Positions 1 to 8,482 of a DNA stretch of 52,934 nt are shown one piece after another. Under the pieces are notes generated by a model that saw nothing but the letters and a program-made list of their open reading frames with translations, had not been told where the DNA came from and did no database searches. The stretch is taken from positions 1-52,934 of the IMG/VR virus record IMGVR_UViG_3300028586_000799. One strand, 5' to 3'. Origin of the DNA: a virus. Lineage: Duplodnaviria > Caudoviricetes. Position 1 is the stretch's first letter; every line of letters begins with the position of its first letter. The translations under genes were made by a program, and so were the position numbers.

Positions 1-228
1 ATGGGAACATTAGAATTAGCACAGCCAGTACAAGGAGTATCACTACGATCTCTGGTTGTACAAATGAAAGTGGGGGAGGAAAAGCAATTTCCTATGGAAT
101 ATGACCAAGCGGTAAGATCAGACATCAGCAGAGCGATCAAGATCAAATACCCTGATCGAAAATACAAAACCCACACCAAGGATAAAGTCGAAGGTATGAC
201 GGTCCTTACAGTAGTCCGAGTTAACTAA
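1..228 (+). CDS. Small basic putative DNA-binding protein (Cro/excisionase-like position)
   Basis: 75 aa basic protein, first gene of the rightward early operon. Confidence 0.45.
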   Translation: MGTLELAQPVQGVSLRSLVVQMKVGEEKQFPMEYDQAVRSDISRAIKIKYPDRKYKTHTKDKVEGMTVLTVVRVN

Positions 229-391
229 CCAATAAAAAACCAAGAACCATGAAACAGATTAAAAACAACAAGGCAGTTGAGACTTTCGATGCCCTTGTAA
301 AACGCCAATCGCAAATCATTGTACAGTCGCTTTGTGCTCAAGCTTTCAGTAAGCTTCGCCAGAACTAATTAGTTATTAAAAAGGAAGCCAT

Positions 392-583
392 ATGCAAGAT
401 CGATCATTGATAATAGTCTGCAGCTTAATGTACTTCATATCTGCATCGATGGGTTTTTATGACGAAGTCATCACTCATGAAGATGTGACTTATAGAGGAA
501 TTGCATACTTATTCTTGCTAATAGCCCATATTCTAATAGTCCTAATTGTGGCACTGTCAAAACGTTCTAATTCCAATCACTAA
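392..583 (+). CDS. Small two-TM membrane protein
   Basis: 63 aa with two hydrophobic segments. Confidence 0.45.
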   Translation: MQDRSLIIVCSLMYFISASMGFYDEVITHEDVTYRGIAYLFLLIAHILIVLIVALSKRSNSNH

Positions 584-593
584 ATATTCCGTC

Positions 594-1373
594 ATGATGT
601 TAACAATCAAGAATTTTGAAAATGGCCAGTTTGGTCACCTTACCTCGCTTAAAAGCGAAAAGACTGGAAAGGTAATGTTCATCGCAAAAGAGGTGTGTGA
701 TCTTTGGGGACATAAAAACAGCAGACAAGCGATCAAAGATGCAAAGCTGAAAGAAGATGAAGTTATGACTTTTAAGAAGGGTCAGCATGCAGCTTTCTTC
801 AATGAGCTTGCTAGTAAGTACAACTTACTAGCAAAGAAAACCAATCAAATTCAACTTGTTAGCGAATCAGGCCTTTACAAGCTTGCGCTAAACAGCAAGA
901 AAGCTGAAGCCGATCAACTTAAGCACTGGATCGCTACAGAGGTCCTTCCGTCGCTAAGACAAACCGGAAAGTTTGTGATGCAGAATACGGTTACGAGCAT
1001 CGGCCAGCACAGTAGTATTCCGGTTCAGAAAAGCAACAGCCGGGATGTAAACCGAGTGAACTACCAGAATGGTGGTGTTCCTGAAATTGTAGAGTACAAT
1101 ACTAAGAGCTGTTTAGCTATGACCGGCTTCAAACCTAAAGAGATTAAAGATTCCGCTAAGAAGCTTGGTCTTAAATCCTGCCAGCGTACATCTGCCAAAG
1201 AAGTACTACGACACACCCGACCTGAAGTAGCCTGCACCATGTCTTTCATTGACAATGCAGTGAAGCAAGGGCAGAGCTTTGAAAAGTTTGTCGAGATCGG
1301 CAAGAAGTATGCAGCACCTCTTTTCAAGGCAATGCTTGAGAGCGGAATGCGTCCTGGTGAATTATCAATGTAA
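594..1373 (+). CDS. BRO-N domain phage antirepressor-like protein
   Basis: Motifs FIAKEVCDLWG, LVSESGLYKL, WIATEVLPSLRQTGKF typical of BRO-N; ATG at 594 preferred over TTG at 546. Confidence 0.85.
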   Translation: MMLTIKNFENGQFGHLTSLKSEKTGKVMFIAKEVCDLWGHKNSRQAIKDAKLKEDEVMTFKKGQHAAFFNELASKYNLLAKKTNQIQLVSESGLYKLALNSKKAEADQLKHWIATEVLPSLRQTGKFVMQNTVTSIGQHSSIPVQKSNSRDVNRVNYQNGGVPEIVEYNTKSCLAMTGFKPKEIKDSAKKLGLKSCQRTSAKEVLRHTRPEVACTMSFIDNAVKQGQSFEKFVEIGKKYAAPLFKAMLESGMRPGELSM

Positions 1374-1395
1374 ATCTATCTAACTACTACCTACT

Positions 1396-1602
1396 ATGGG
1401 AAAGCAATCAAAAAAGAAGAAGATAAAAGCACTAGAAAATGAGGTTCTGACATTACGCGCATTTGTGCATGGGTTTGCTTCATTCGTTGGCTACGATGGC
1501 CAGGAGCATGAACCTGTGCAATTGATAGAAATTGAGCCTTACATAGAGTTCCAGAAACAATTAAGAGAAACTGAAGCCAAATTCGCTTCAAAAGCCAGCT
1601 AA
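1396..1602 (+). CDS. Hypothetical phage protein
   Basis: 68 aa ORF in early operon with tight spacing. Confidence 0.55.
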   Translation: MGKQSKKKKIKALENEVLTLRAFVHGFASFVGYDGQEHEPVQLIEIEPYIEFQKQLRETEAKFASKAS

Positions 1603-1604
1603 AG

Positions 1605-1808
1605 ATGCAAATCGCCTATTTAAACAAAGGAAAGATAAAAGCCAAATCCAAGACCGACGAGATTTTGGAGTCCTTTTATCTCAGGGATATCCGCCTTTCT
1701 TACAACAAGAACCGGAAGGAACTTAATTCACTGGGGATAAGCGAGACTGAATTTGTAGCGGACATGAAGAAGATGATCGGTGCTAAGCACGGAATTTTCG
1801 GATACTAA
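1605..1808 (+). CDS. Hypothetical phage protein
   Basis: 67 aa ORF 2 nt after the previous stop. Confidence 0.55.
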   Translation: MQIAYLNKGKIKAKSKTDEILESFYLRDIRLSYNKNRKELNSLGISETEFVADMKKMIGAKHGIFGY

Positions 1809-1870
1809 AAAAGGGCATCTACTACCAATAGACGCCCCTGAAAATCAAGTAAAAACTTAATTCGTTTACA

Positions 1871-2035
1871 ATGACAAAAGTAGTCACTAATCCCGAGCAA
1901 ACCAAAACAATGGAATTGCCGCTTTGCTGGACCTGTTCCAAGGTGGTTATTCCAACGGAAGAATCAAGAACCTGGTACCGCTTTTCATTCTGCAGTCTTT
2001 GCTGCTATGATGCTTTTAGAGCCAAATTCAGTTAA
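1871..2035 (+). CDS. Small zinc-finger protein (not in ORF track)
   Basis: Manual translation MTKVV...LCWTCSK...FCSLCCYDAFRAKFS, 54 aa with two CxxC pairs. Confidence 0.55.
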   Translation: MTKVVTNPEQTKTMELPLCWTCSKVVIPTEESRTWYRFSFCSLCCYDAFRAKFS

Positions 2036-2038
2036 GCC

Positions 2039-2227
2039 ATGGATAACCACACAGCAAAAATTAAGGAAATCCTTAAAGGCATCAATCAGGAGATCGAGCA
2101 ATACGAGAAGGCCCAGGCTGAAGCTCACGAGCATGCAAAGTTTGTCGCCGGCAACATCGCTGGTCTGCGAAGAGCCCGGACCACACTAGAAATATTCTTT
2201 CACAACGATTTAAAACAGGAGGTGTAA
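2039..2227 (+). CDS. Small coiled-coil hypothetical protein
   Basis: 62 aa helical protein, abuts neighbours. Confidence 0.55.
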   Translation: MDNHTAKIKEILKGINQEIEQYEKAQAEAHEHAKFVAGNIAGLRRARTTLEIFFHNDLKQEV

Positions 2228-2228
2228 A

Positions 2229-2432
2229 ATGTTTAACGCTACTAATGACCTGACAGATCAGGACAAGGTATCAATGCAGTACCAGACTTTATTGCAGAAT
2301 AAGTTCAAGGACAGCATTCAAGAAGCGAAAAGGAAAGATTTCAATCGCTCAATCTTATCAGCAGCCAGAGACTTCACCATGCTACTTGCTTTTGTAGCAG
2401 CAGTGGTACTCATCTTCATCTCTGCATCATGA
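2229..2432 (+). CDS. Small C-terminally anchored membrane protein
   Basis: C-terminal hydrophobic helix LLAFVAAVVLIFISAS. Confidence 0.55.
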   Translation: MFNATNDLTDQDKVSMQYQTLLQNKFKDSIQEAKRKDFNRSILSAARDFTMLLAFVAAVVLIFISAS

Positions 2433-2647
2433 GCCGCGCAGCCTGGATAAATATCGACAGGATCACGTATGCGGTCATGATGTCCATAGCAGTAGCAACA
2501 GCCATTTTCTTAACCTAATCGCCATGATAAAGCGCCATAAAGATGATGAGGACAATACCAGATACGACTGGATCGTGTACCTCATGATGTTGATCGCAGT
2601 CATGCTGATCATAGTAATTAAATCCGTAACCCTTTAAACCTATTATA

Positions 2648-3637
2648 ATGTCAAAAGAAGTTGTAGTCAATGTAATGGCCGCTTTGAAAGCCGCCAAACC
2701 AGTTGAGCTTGTTGAGCTCGACTTTGTAAAAGAAAAATTTATCACCCTTCACAACCAGTTCAATGGCAATGAAAAAGGCGAGCAGGAGTACCACATGCAA
2801 GCATTCAATTATAAGAAGATGCTTTCCGAGAACGCCGCTTTAAGGGAGTGCAGCCCACTTTCGCTTTATGGTGCTTTCCTAGATATCAATGTGAATGGCC
2901 TTAGTCTGGAACAAGGGAATAAGCCTGATTGCTATATCACCACCAGAAACTTCAAGGTGGGTAAGGATGAGCAGGGCCGCGATACCTACGAGAAACGTGC
3001 GCAGCTTGCTATATCTCCTTACGGAGAACTAAAGATGCGTATGCGTGCCGGCCAAATCAAGCATGCTGATAATCCGATCGTTGTTTACGATTGTGACAAC
3101 TTCAAAATTGGCCTTAATGACAAAGGAAAACTTGTAGTAAAAGAATACGATGCAAGGTTGCCGCGCCCAGATGAGGCAAAGATCGTGGCTTGCTTTGTTA
3201 GGATTGAGCGCCATGATGGAAGCTTTGAAATGCCTTATTTGGATATGAAGGAAGTCGAGCGGCTAAAAGGCTATTCCAATCGTAATAACTTCGGATCAGC
3301 CACAAATGACAAGTCAAATGCTCTTTATACATCCAATGGCGGGCAAATAGACACAGGCTTCCTTAAAGCCAAAACACTAAAGCACGCCTTCAAGTCTTAT
3401 CCGAAAGTCCAAACAGGCAAGTTTACCATGCTTGAAGCGGCACTGGAAGAGGAACTGATGCCTACAGGTGTAGATTACGGCTTTGATCCGGATGATCAGT
3501 CATCACCAACTACTCAGGATGTAGAGCATGAAGAGGTGAAAGACGAGTTCACCCAGGCGCTTCAAGATGAATCTAAACCTGAGAAAATTGAGACAAAGCA
3601 ATTCGCAGGCGTGGACGATGATGAACCAGAATTTTAA
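2648..3637 (+). CDS. recT: RecT-family single-strand annealing recombinase
   Basis: LRECSPLSLYGAFL..GLSL, QLAISPYGEL, VYDCDNF, KTLKHAFK motifs and acidic C-terminal tail ending EPEF. Confidence 0.8.
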   Translation: MSKEVVVNVMAALKAAKPVELVELDFVKEKFITLHNQFNGNEKGEQEYHMQAFNYKKMLSENAALRECSPLSLYGAFLDINVNGLSLEQGNKPDCYITTRNFKVGKDEQGRDTYEKRAQLAISPYGELKMRMRAGQIKHADNPIVVYDCDNFKIGLNDKGKLVVKEYDARLPRPDEAKIVACFVRIERHDGSFEMPYLDMKEVERLKGYSNRNNFGSATNDKSNALYTSNGGQIDTGFLKAKTLKHAFKSYPKVQTGKFTMLEAALEEELMPTGVDYGFDPDDQSSPTTQDVEHEEVKDEFTQALQDESKPEKIETKQFAGVDDDEPEF

Positions 3638-3734
3638 TTAACCCGATTTATAAACCCGGCGGCCGCCATAGTCAAAAACCAAATCTTGTAAAAATGCAAC
3701 GGCCGCCTTTTTTCTCTTCTAAAAACAACCTTAT

Positions 3735-4961
3735 ATGTCAACTACAACTGAAGTACAAAAAATTGATGTGACTGAGATCGCATCCACCATGCAGGGAGCT
3801 GGAGAGGTCCTGACCAGAAATGAAAACCTTGCACTCAAAGCTGTGAACGGCGCTCAACTGCTCCTTGATACAATAGAAGGGCAAGGCATGAGTGATGAGC
3901 TTGATGCAGCGCTTAATGACTGGCAGGTAAAGGCTAAGCAAGCCGTTAAAGTAATGAACGATCGTAGGTCACCGATCACGCAGATCATGACGCGCATGGC
4001 TAGGTTCTTCACCGAGCAGGAAGGTAAACTGGATCCTGCAAAGGCGGATAGCGTGTACAGCAAAATTCAGCAGAAGCGTAATGCCTGGGCAAAGCAAAAG
4101 GCTGAGGAAGCCAAGAAACGTGAGCAGGAGATTTTGCATCAGCAAAACATTGCCAAAGAGCGTGTATCGTTCAAGGCTGATGCCGAAAGCCATATCCGCA
4201 GGATTTATGGTGAGAAACTTCTTACATTCAAGCAGTTCGCTGTGAAGATTTATAACAGTCTTTCCCTTGAGAACGTAGATGAGGTAAAGAAAGGCATCGC
4301 TGCTGTTAAGATCAATTACCCACTTGACAAGTTCAATGAAATTGAGCCTGCCGGTGCATTTGCTGTTTACCTTTCTGCTGAAGATCAAAAGCAGATCATC
4401 GTTGAAGTTAGGGATGCACTCTATGATGAGTTATCTGCCAACTTTCGCGAGAATATGGAAGCTGAAAAGGAGCGTTTGCTTGATCTTATTCCTTCCAGGG
4501 TTAATGAGCTAAAGGAGATCGCCAAAGCTGGTGCCGAGCAAAAGAAGAAGATGGAAGAGGAAGCCGAGCGCCGCAGAGTGGCCGATGAAGCTCGTCAAAA
4601 GCAAGAAGCTGCTGAACAAGCCAAACGCGATCAGGAAGCTATCGCTGCTAAAACGCAGATGGAAACTGCTACAACCTTATTCGATACCTCTGCAAAGCTT
4701 GCCGAGATCAAAGAAGATAGTACTGCTAAGGTTCGCCAGGGCTATAACATCATCGTTAATGAAAATGCAGGCTGGGGTGCAATCTTTATGTTCTACTTCG
4801 AGAAGCAGGCGGGAAGCTTGACTGTTGAAGAGTTTGGTAAGAAAACCAGCAATCAAATGAAAGCTTTCTGTGAGAAGCATGCTCATAAAACAGGCGAGAA
4901 GGTTGTCAGTGCGCACCTGGTGTATGAGGAAGATTTCAAGGCTGTAGCATCTAAAGGGTAA
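3735..4961 (+). CDS. Long coiled-coil phage protein linked to the recombination module
   Basis: 408 aa E/K/A/Q-rich heptads between RecT and the nuclease. Confidence 0.7.
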   Translation: MSTTTEVQKIDVTEIASTMQGAGEVLTRNENLALKAVNGAQLLLDTIEGQGMSDELDAALNDWQVKAKQAVKVMNDRRSPITQIMTRMARFFTEQEGKLDPAKADSVYSKIQQKRNAWAKQKAEEAKKREQEILHQQNIAKERVSFKADAESHIRRIYGEKLLTFKQFAVKIYNSLSLENVDEVKKGIAAVKINYPLDKFNEIEPAGAFAVYLSAEDQKQIIVEVRDALYDELSANFRENMEAEKERLLDLIPSRVNELKEIAKAGAEQKKKMEEEAERRRVADEARQKQEAAEQAKRDQEAIAAKTQMETATTLFDTSAKLAEIKEDSTAKVRQGYNIIVNENAGWGAIFMFYFEKQAGSLTVEEFGKKTSNQMKAFCEKHAHKTGEKVVSAHLVYEEDFKAVASKG

Positions 4962-4966
4962 AGGTC

Positions 4967-5455
4967 ATGGAAAGGAACTGGAAGCAGGCATCCCAATCAA
5001 GCGGCGCTGTGATAAATCAGAAGCAATCTTCTTCATCGAGGTATGTAAATCGCTATAGTGATGTTGCTTACTATGGCGGTGATCTGGTGTGTGAGTCTGT
5101 AGGCAATAAATCTGATTTACAGTTGATCATCGCTGCTCCATTACTGCTTGATGCGTGTAAGCAGTTTGTAAATGCTGCAGATGCACCTGAGACCGATATG
5201 CAGGAACTTCGAAACGCATATACTTCAGCTAAGCAGGCGATCGCTGTGGCAGAACCGGTCCAGCTTCTATTACCAGGATATGCGAATAAAGAAGCAGAAG
5301 CCTTCAAGAAAGCTAAAGAAGTAATAGCAACTATGTTGGAAGCTTTAGAAATGATCGATGATCTTAAGACGGACATGTGGTCAGATAAAAGGCACAAACT
5401 TGATGTTGCATTGGCTATAGGGCGGGACTTTGAACGTGAGGTATTAGGTAAATAG
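4967..5455 (+). CDS. Hypothetical phage protein
   Basis: 162 aa, contains the LIIAAPLLLDAC phage-type motif. Confidence 0.6.
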   Translation: MERNWKQASQSSGAVINQKQSSSSRYVNRYSDVAYYGGDLVCESVGNKSDLQLIIAAPLLLDACKQFVNAADAPETDMQELRNAYTSAKQAIAVAEPVQLLLPGYANKEAEAFKKAKEVIATMLEALEMIDDLKTDMWSDKRHKLDVALAIGRDFEREVLGK

Positions 5456-5457
5456 CC

Positions 5458-6129
5458 ATGGCACAAGATCCCTACTTTGGACGTCCGGAAGTTTCCAATT
5501 CAGACCTAAGCGCCTTAAAAGACCTTCTTTACCCAAAGCCTGAATTTGGCAAAAAGGAATACGCTTACGCCTTTGGAACGTTGCTAGATAATTTAATTAC
5601 TGAGCCTGAGAAAGTTGACTTGTTCAATCTAAAGGTTCAGTATCAAACCTATCCATATACAGCAGAAGATTTCGAGTTAGCCAAAGCAATGAAAAAGGCC
5701 TACATGAAAGATCCTTTCTGCAAAATGGTTAATGATAATGCCGACTATCAGGCAGTATCCACCAGGTATAATTGGATTATGAACTACAACGGTTTTGATT
5801 TCACTTTGTCGCAAGGCTGGCGATGTAAATGGGATTGCTTTCTTCCACAATGGAAGATGGGAGCCGATATAAAATCAACTGCAGCCGAAACGCAAAGTCA
5901 ATTTTATGCTGCATGCGAGCACTTCGATTATTTCAGAAGTCGCGCTCTATACATGGACATTGCTGGCACAGACAAGGACATGCTCATTGGCATCAGCAAG
6001 AAGAACCAGAAGGTTTTTAAGATCGCCATCAATCGCGGCGACAAGCTTTACGAACATGGTAAGGCGCAGTATGAAGAGTTAGCCTGGAAGTATTGGCTCA
6101 TGTTTGACGGACTTAAAATAACAGCATAA
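5458..6129 (+). CDS. RecE/exonuclease VIII-like PD-(D/E)XK nuclease
   Basis: VSNSDLS, FGTLLD, RCKWD...ADIKST, Y..SRALY motifs; near RecT. Confidence 0.7.
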   Translation: MAQDPYFGRPEVSNSDLSALKDLLYPKPEFGKKEYAYAFGTLLDNLITEPEKVDLFNLKVQYQTYPYTAEDFELAKAMKKAYMKDPFCKMVNDNADYQAVSTRYNWIMNYNGFDFTLSQGWRCKWDCFLPQWKMGADIKSTAAETQSQFYAACEHFDYFRSRALYMDIAGTDKDMLIGISKKNQKVFKIAINRGDKLYEHGKAQYEELAWKYWLMFDGLKITA

Positions 6130-6308
6130 TGGAAGCAATAAAAAAAGGCGACAAAGTAGTCGTAGTAGAATCAAGCGAATCAGACGAGGAATCTGTAAAG
6201 TTTGTCGGAAAGGAAGGGATTGTAGTCGCGGACTATGGAGATGTCTTCAAGGTCAAGTTTAACAACAGAGTCTGTAGGTTTTTTACCACTGAATTAAAGG
6301 TTCTATAA
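6129..6308 (+). CDS. Small SH3/KOW-like protein (not in ORF track)
   Basis: Manual translation MEAIKKGDKVVVV...VGKEGIVV...FKVKF...ELKVL, 59 aa; TAATG-coupled on both sides. Confidence 0.6.
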   Translation: MEAIKKGDKVVVVESSESDEESVKFVGKEGIVVADYGDVFKVKFNNRVCRFFTTELKVL

Positions 6309-6490
6309 TGGAAGCAATAAATGAATACGCTGCTTTAGTAGAGCGCATGCGAACTGCACAGCAAGAGTATTTCCGCACCCGGGCCATCTTAGCCTTAAAT
6401 GTATCAAAGAAGCTCGAAAGAGAAGTGGATGAGGCCACTGAAGCAATCCTCGGACCTGACAGAGTTAAAAACCAAACATCATTATTCTAA
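6308..6490 (+). CDS. Hypothetical phage protein
   Basis: 60 aa, MRTAQQEYFRTR...SKKLEREVD, ends QTSLF. Confidence 0.65.
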   Translation: MEAINEYAALVERMRTAQQEYFRTRAILALNVSKKLEREVDEATEAILGPDRVKNQTSLF

Positions 6491-6900
6491 TGTATAAAGT
6501 AACCCTACAATCCGGCACCTATGCCGTAGATGATGCGCTGCAAGGCTTCGACATCATAGAAAAACCATCAAGCAACGTCGCCTTTGTCGCCACTTGCATG
6601 ATCACCAATAGAATGTACGTCCAGTTCAAGAACGGATCCGGATACATATATTCTGAGGTTAACCTGGACACGCTTTCTGCTGTAAGTGCAGTTGACAGCA
6701 TCGGCAAGTTTATCAGTTCCAAAGTCGTGAAGCACTTTCCAAGTGAAAAGATTGAGAAGCCGCTGGTTAAGAAGTATTTGGAGCCATTATACACCCAGGA
6801 AGATTACGAGAACAAAAAAAGAGATGATGAAATGATCAGTCAGTCGATGGCTGCACATGGAAAATCAATCTTCGACGATCTCGACGAACCTACATTTTAA
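6490..6900 (+). CDS. KTSC-domain protein
   Basis: SSNVAFV...MYVQFKNGSGYIYSEV...SIGKFI matches the KTSC pattern. Confidence 0.7.
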   Translation: MYKVTLQSGTYAVDDALQGFDIIEKPSSNVAFVATCMITNRMYVQFKNGSGYIYSEVNLDTLSAVSAVDSIGKFISSKVVKHFPSEKIEKPLVKKYLEPLYTQEDYENKKRDDEMISQSMAAHGKSIFDDLDEPTF

Positions 6901-6913
6901 TTAAATCAACTAT

Positions 6914-7564
6914 ATGCGTACAAAATCAATTTCAAAAGAAGAGCTGAACGAGAAAATCGAAGCAGCTGAGGAAGCTCATGAGTTAAAGGCTGGTACTAAA
7001 ATCAAGGTGAATGAAGCCACCGTCGGTAAAGCTGGTGTAAGTGTTAAGTACTGGAAAGTAGTCACCCGGGACTTCGCCAATGCAAATGGCCAGGTTGAAC
7101 TAAGGGAGTTTGAAAACCCTGGACAGGAGAAGTTACCTTTCCTACCTCATCCGGATCTGCTACTTGCTTTCGATCTGCTTCGTAGCCACTTGATCATTGC
7201 CTGCCAACAAAAAGAAGCTTATGATGCTTATGGTGAATTCATCAGTCCTGTGACCTTCGAAAGCTATCAAGGTGAAGATGCAGACAACCCTTTAAACAAG
7301 TTCAAGGTGACTGGCTTCGCAATCAATGACAGCGAAACAGGAGTGACCATCACCGGCCACAAGCGCACCCGTGGCAGCGCCACCTTACCATTGTCTCAGT
7401 ATGCTGATTTCTTCGGCGGCGAGGATGCTTACGAGTTCGGTGATGAGCTTTACCACTGCATCAAGCATGCTCGTAACGAAGTGCTGCTGTACTACAACGG
7501 TAAAGTTGCACCAGATTCCCAGTACTCGCTTGACTTCGATGAAGCAGCAAGTGACATGGAATAA
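6914..7564 (+). CDS. Hypothetical phage protein
   Basis: 216 aa ORF with PHPDL motif, in operon. Confidence 0.65.
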   Translation: MRTKSISKEELNEKIEAAEEAHELKAGTKIKVNEATVGKAGVSVKYWKVVTRDFANANGQVELREFENPGQEKLPFLPHPDLLLAFDLLRSHLIIACQQKEAYDAYGEFISPVTFESYQGEDADNPLNKFKVTGFAINDSETGVTITGHKRTRGSATLPLSQYADFFGGEDAYEFGDELYHCIKHARNEVLLYYNGKVAPDSQYSLDFDEAASDME

Positions 7565-7586
7565 TTAATCTTTTTATCAAATAGGA

Positions 7587-7612
7587 TATGCGTTATCGAC
7601 ATGAGACGCATA
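7587..7612 (+). promoter_or_regulatory. Operator-like motif copy 1 (TATGY-N7-RCATR-N4-GCATA)
   Basis: TATGC GTTATCG ACATG AGAC GCATA; also within the perfect inverted repeat AGGATATGCGT/ACGCATATCCT. Confidence 0.6.
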
Positions 7613-7630
7613 TCCTTAATTTAAAACCAA

Positions 7631-7987
7631 ATGACTGAAATTAAAATAACAACCGATAGCCCTGAAGCAGCGTCGATCATCGTAGAAATTCTGATGGAAG
7701 TTGAACGTGCCGAAAGGAAGCACCCGACATGGCCCGGATGTCATGTGAAGCAAATAGCGTTCGTCGCTGAAGAAGCTGGTGAGCTGGTTCGTGCCGGGAA
7801 CCAACTTGATGAAGGCAAAGGAACCTTCATCGAAATCAAAGAAGAAGCGATCCAGGTTGCGGCCACTGCCATCCGGCTTTTGAAGAAGCTGCCTGAAACC
7901 GAAAAGCTGTATACGGAACCGTGCATCATTGATTTTCTTACCGATGATGATCAACTAAACATAAGTCAGGAGGTGCCAAATGCCTAA
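7631..7987 (+). CDS. MazG-like NTP pyrophosphohydrolase
   Basis: VAEEAGEL...IKEEAIQVAATAIR pattern of all-alpha NTP-PPases. Confidence 0.65.
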   Translation: MTEIKITTDSPEAASIIVEILMEVERAERKHPTWPGCHVKQIAFVAEEAGELVRAGNQLDEGKGTFIEIKEEAIQVAATAIRLLKKLPETEKLYTEPCIIDFLTDDDQLNISQEVPNA

Positions 7988-8267
7988 GACATTTAAAAGT
8001 TGGAAAGAAGCCAGCCGCGCAAATTGGGGTACAAACCTGGAAGCCGAAGTCGAAAACCTTAGTGCTGATCAAGTGAAAACCGGTGCTTTAATGCGGATTG
8101 CAGATGCCGTCGAACTTGTTGCAAAAGATCGAATTCAGATGGAAAAGGACTTGAATTTCTATCGTACGCAGTACCAAAAGTCCCAAGCTGAAATAGTTAA
8201 TCTAAACCACAAGATCAGCGGCTATAAGTCACACATTACCAGATTGAAGAACAAGCTTAACTCATGA
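7980..8267 (+). CDS. Hypothetical coiled-coil protein
   Basis: 95 aa, overlaps both neighbours. Confidence 0.6.
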   Translation: MPKTFKSWKEASRANWGTNLEAEVENLSADQVKTGALMRIADAVELVAKDRIQMEKDLNFYRTQYQKSQAEIVNLNHKISGYKSHITRLKNKLNS

Positions 8268-8482
8268 ATGCGGAACAACAATTTGCAATCAATTTGAAGA
8301 CATTGAGATTCGCAAAGCAGACTACTCAAAAGTCTGTCTCAAAAACACTGGGAGTAAGCTTAGCTACCTACAGGAACTGGGAATATGGAAAGTTCACCCC
8401 TAAGATAAAAGTACTCAAGACCATCTGCCAGCACTATGGTGTGACCGCACAATCAATGTTAACGGAAAGGATCGGGATATGA
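8264..8482 (+). CDS. XRE-family helix-turn-helix regulator
   Basis: NLKTLR...TQKSVSKTLGVSLATYRNWEYGKFTP. Confidence 0.85.
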   Translation: MNAEQQFAINLKTLRFAKQTTQKSVSKTLGVSLATYRNWEYGKFTPKIKVLKTICQHYGVTAQSMLTERIGI

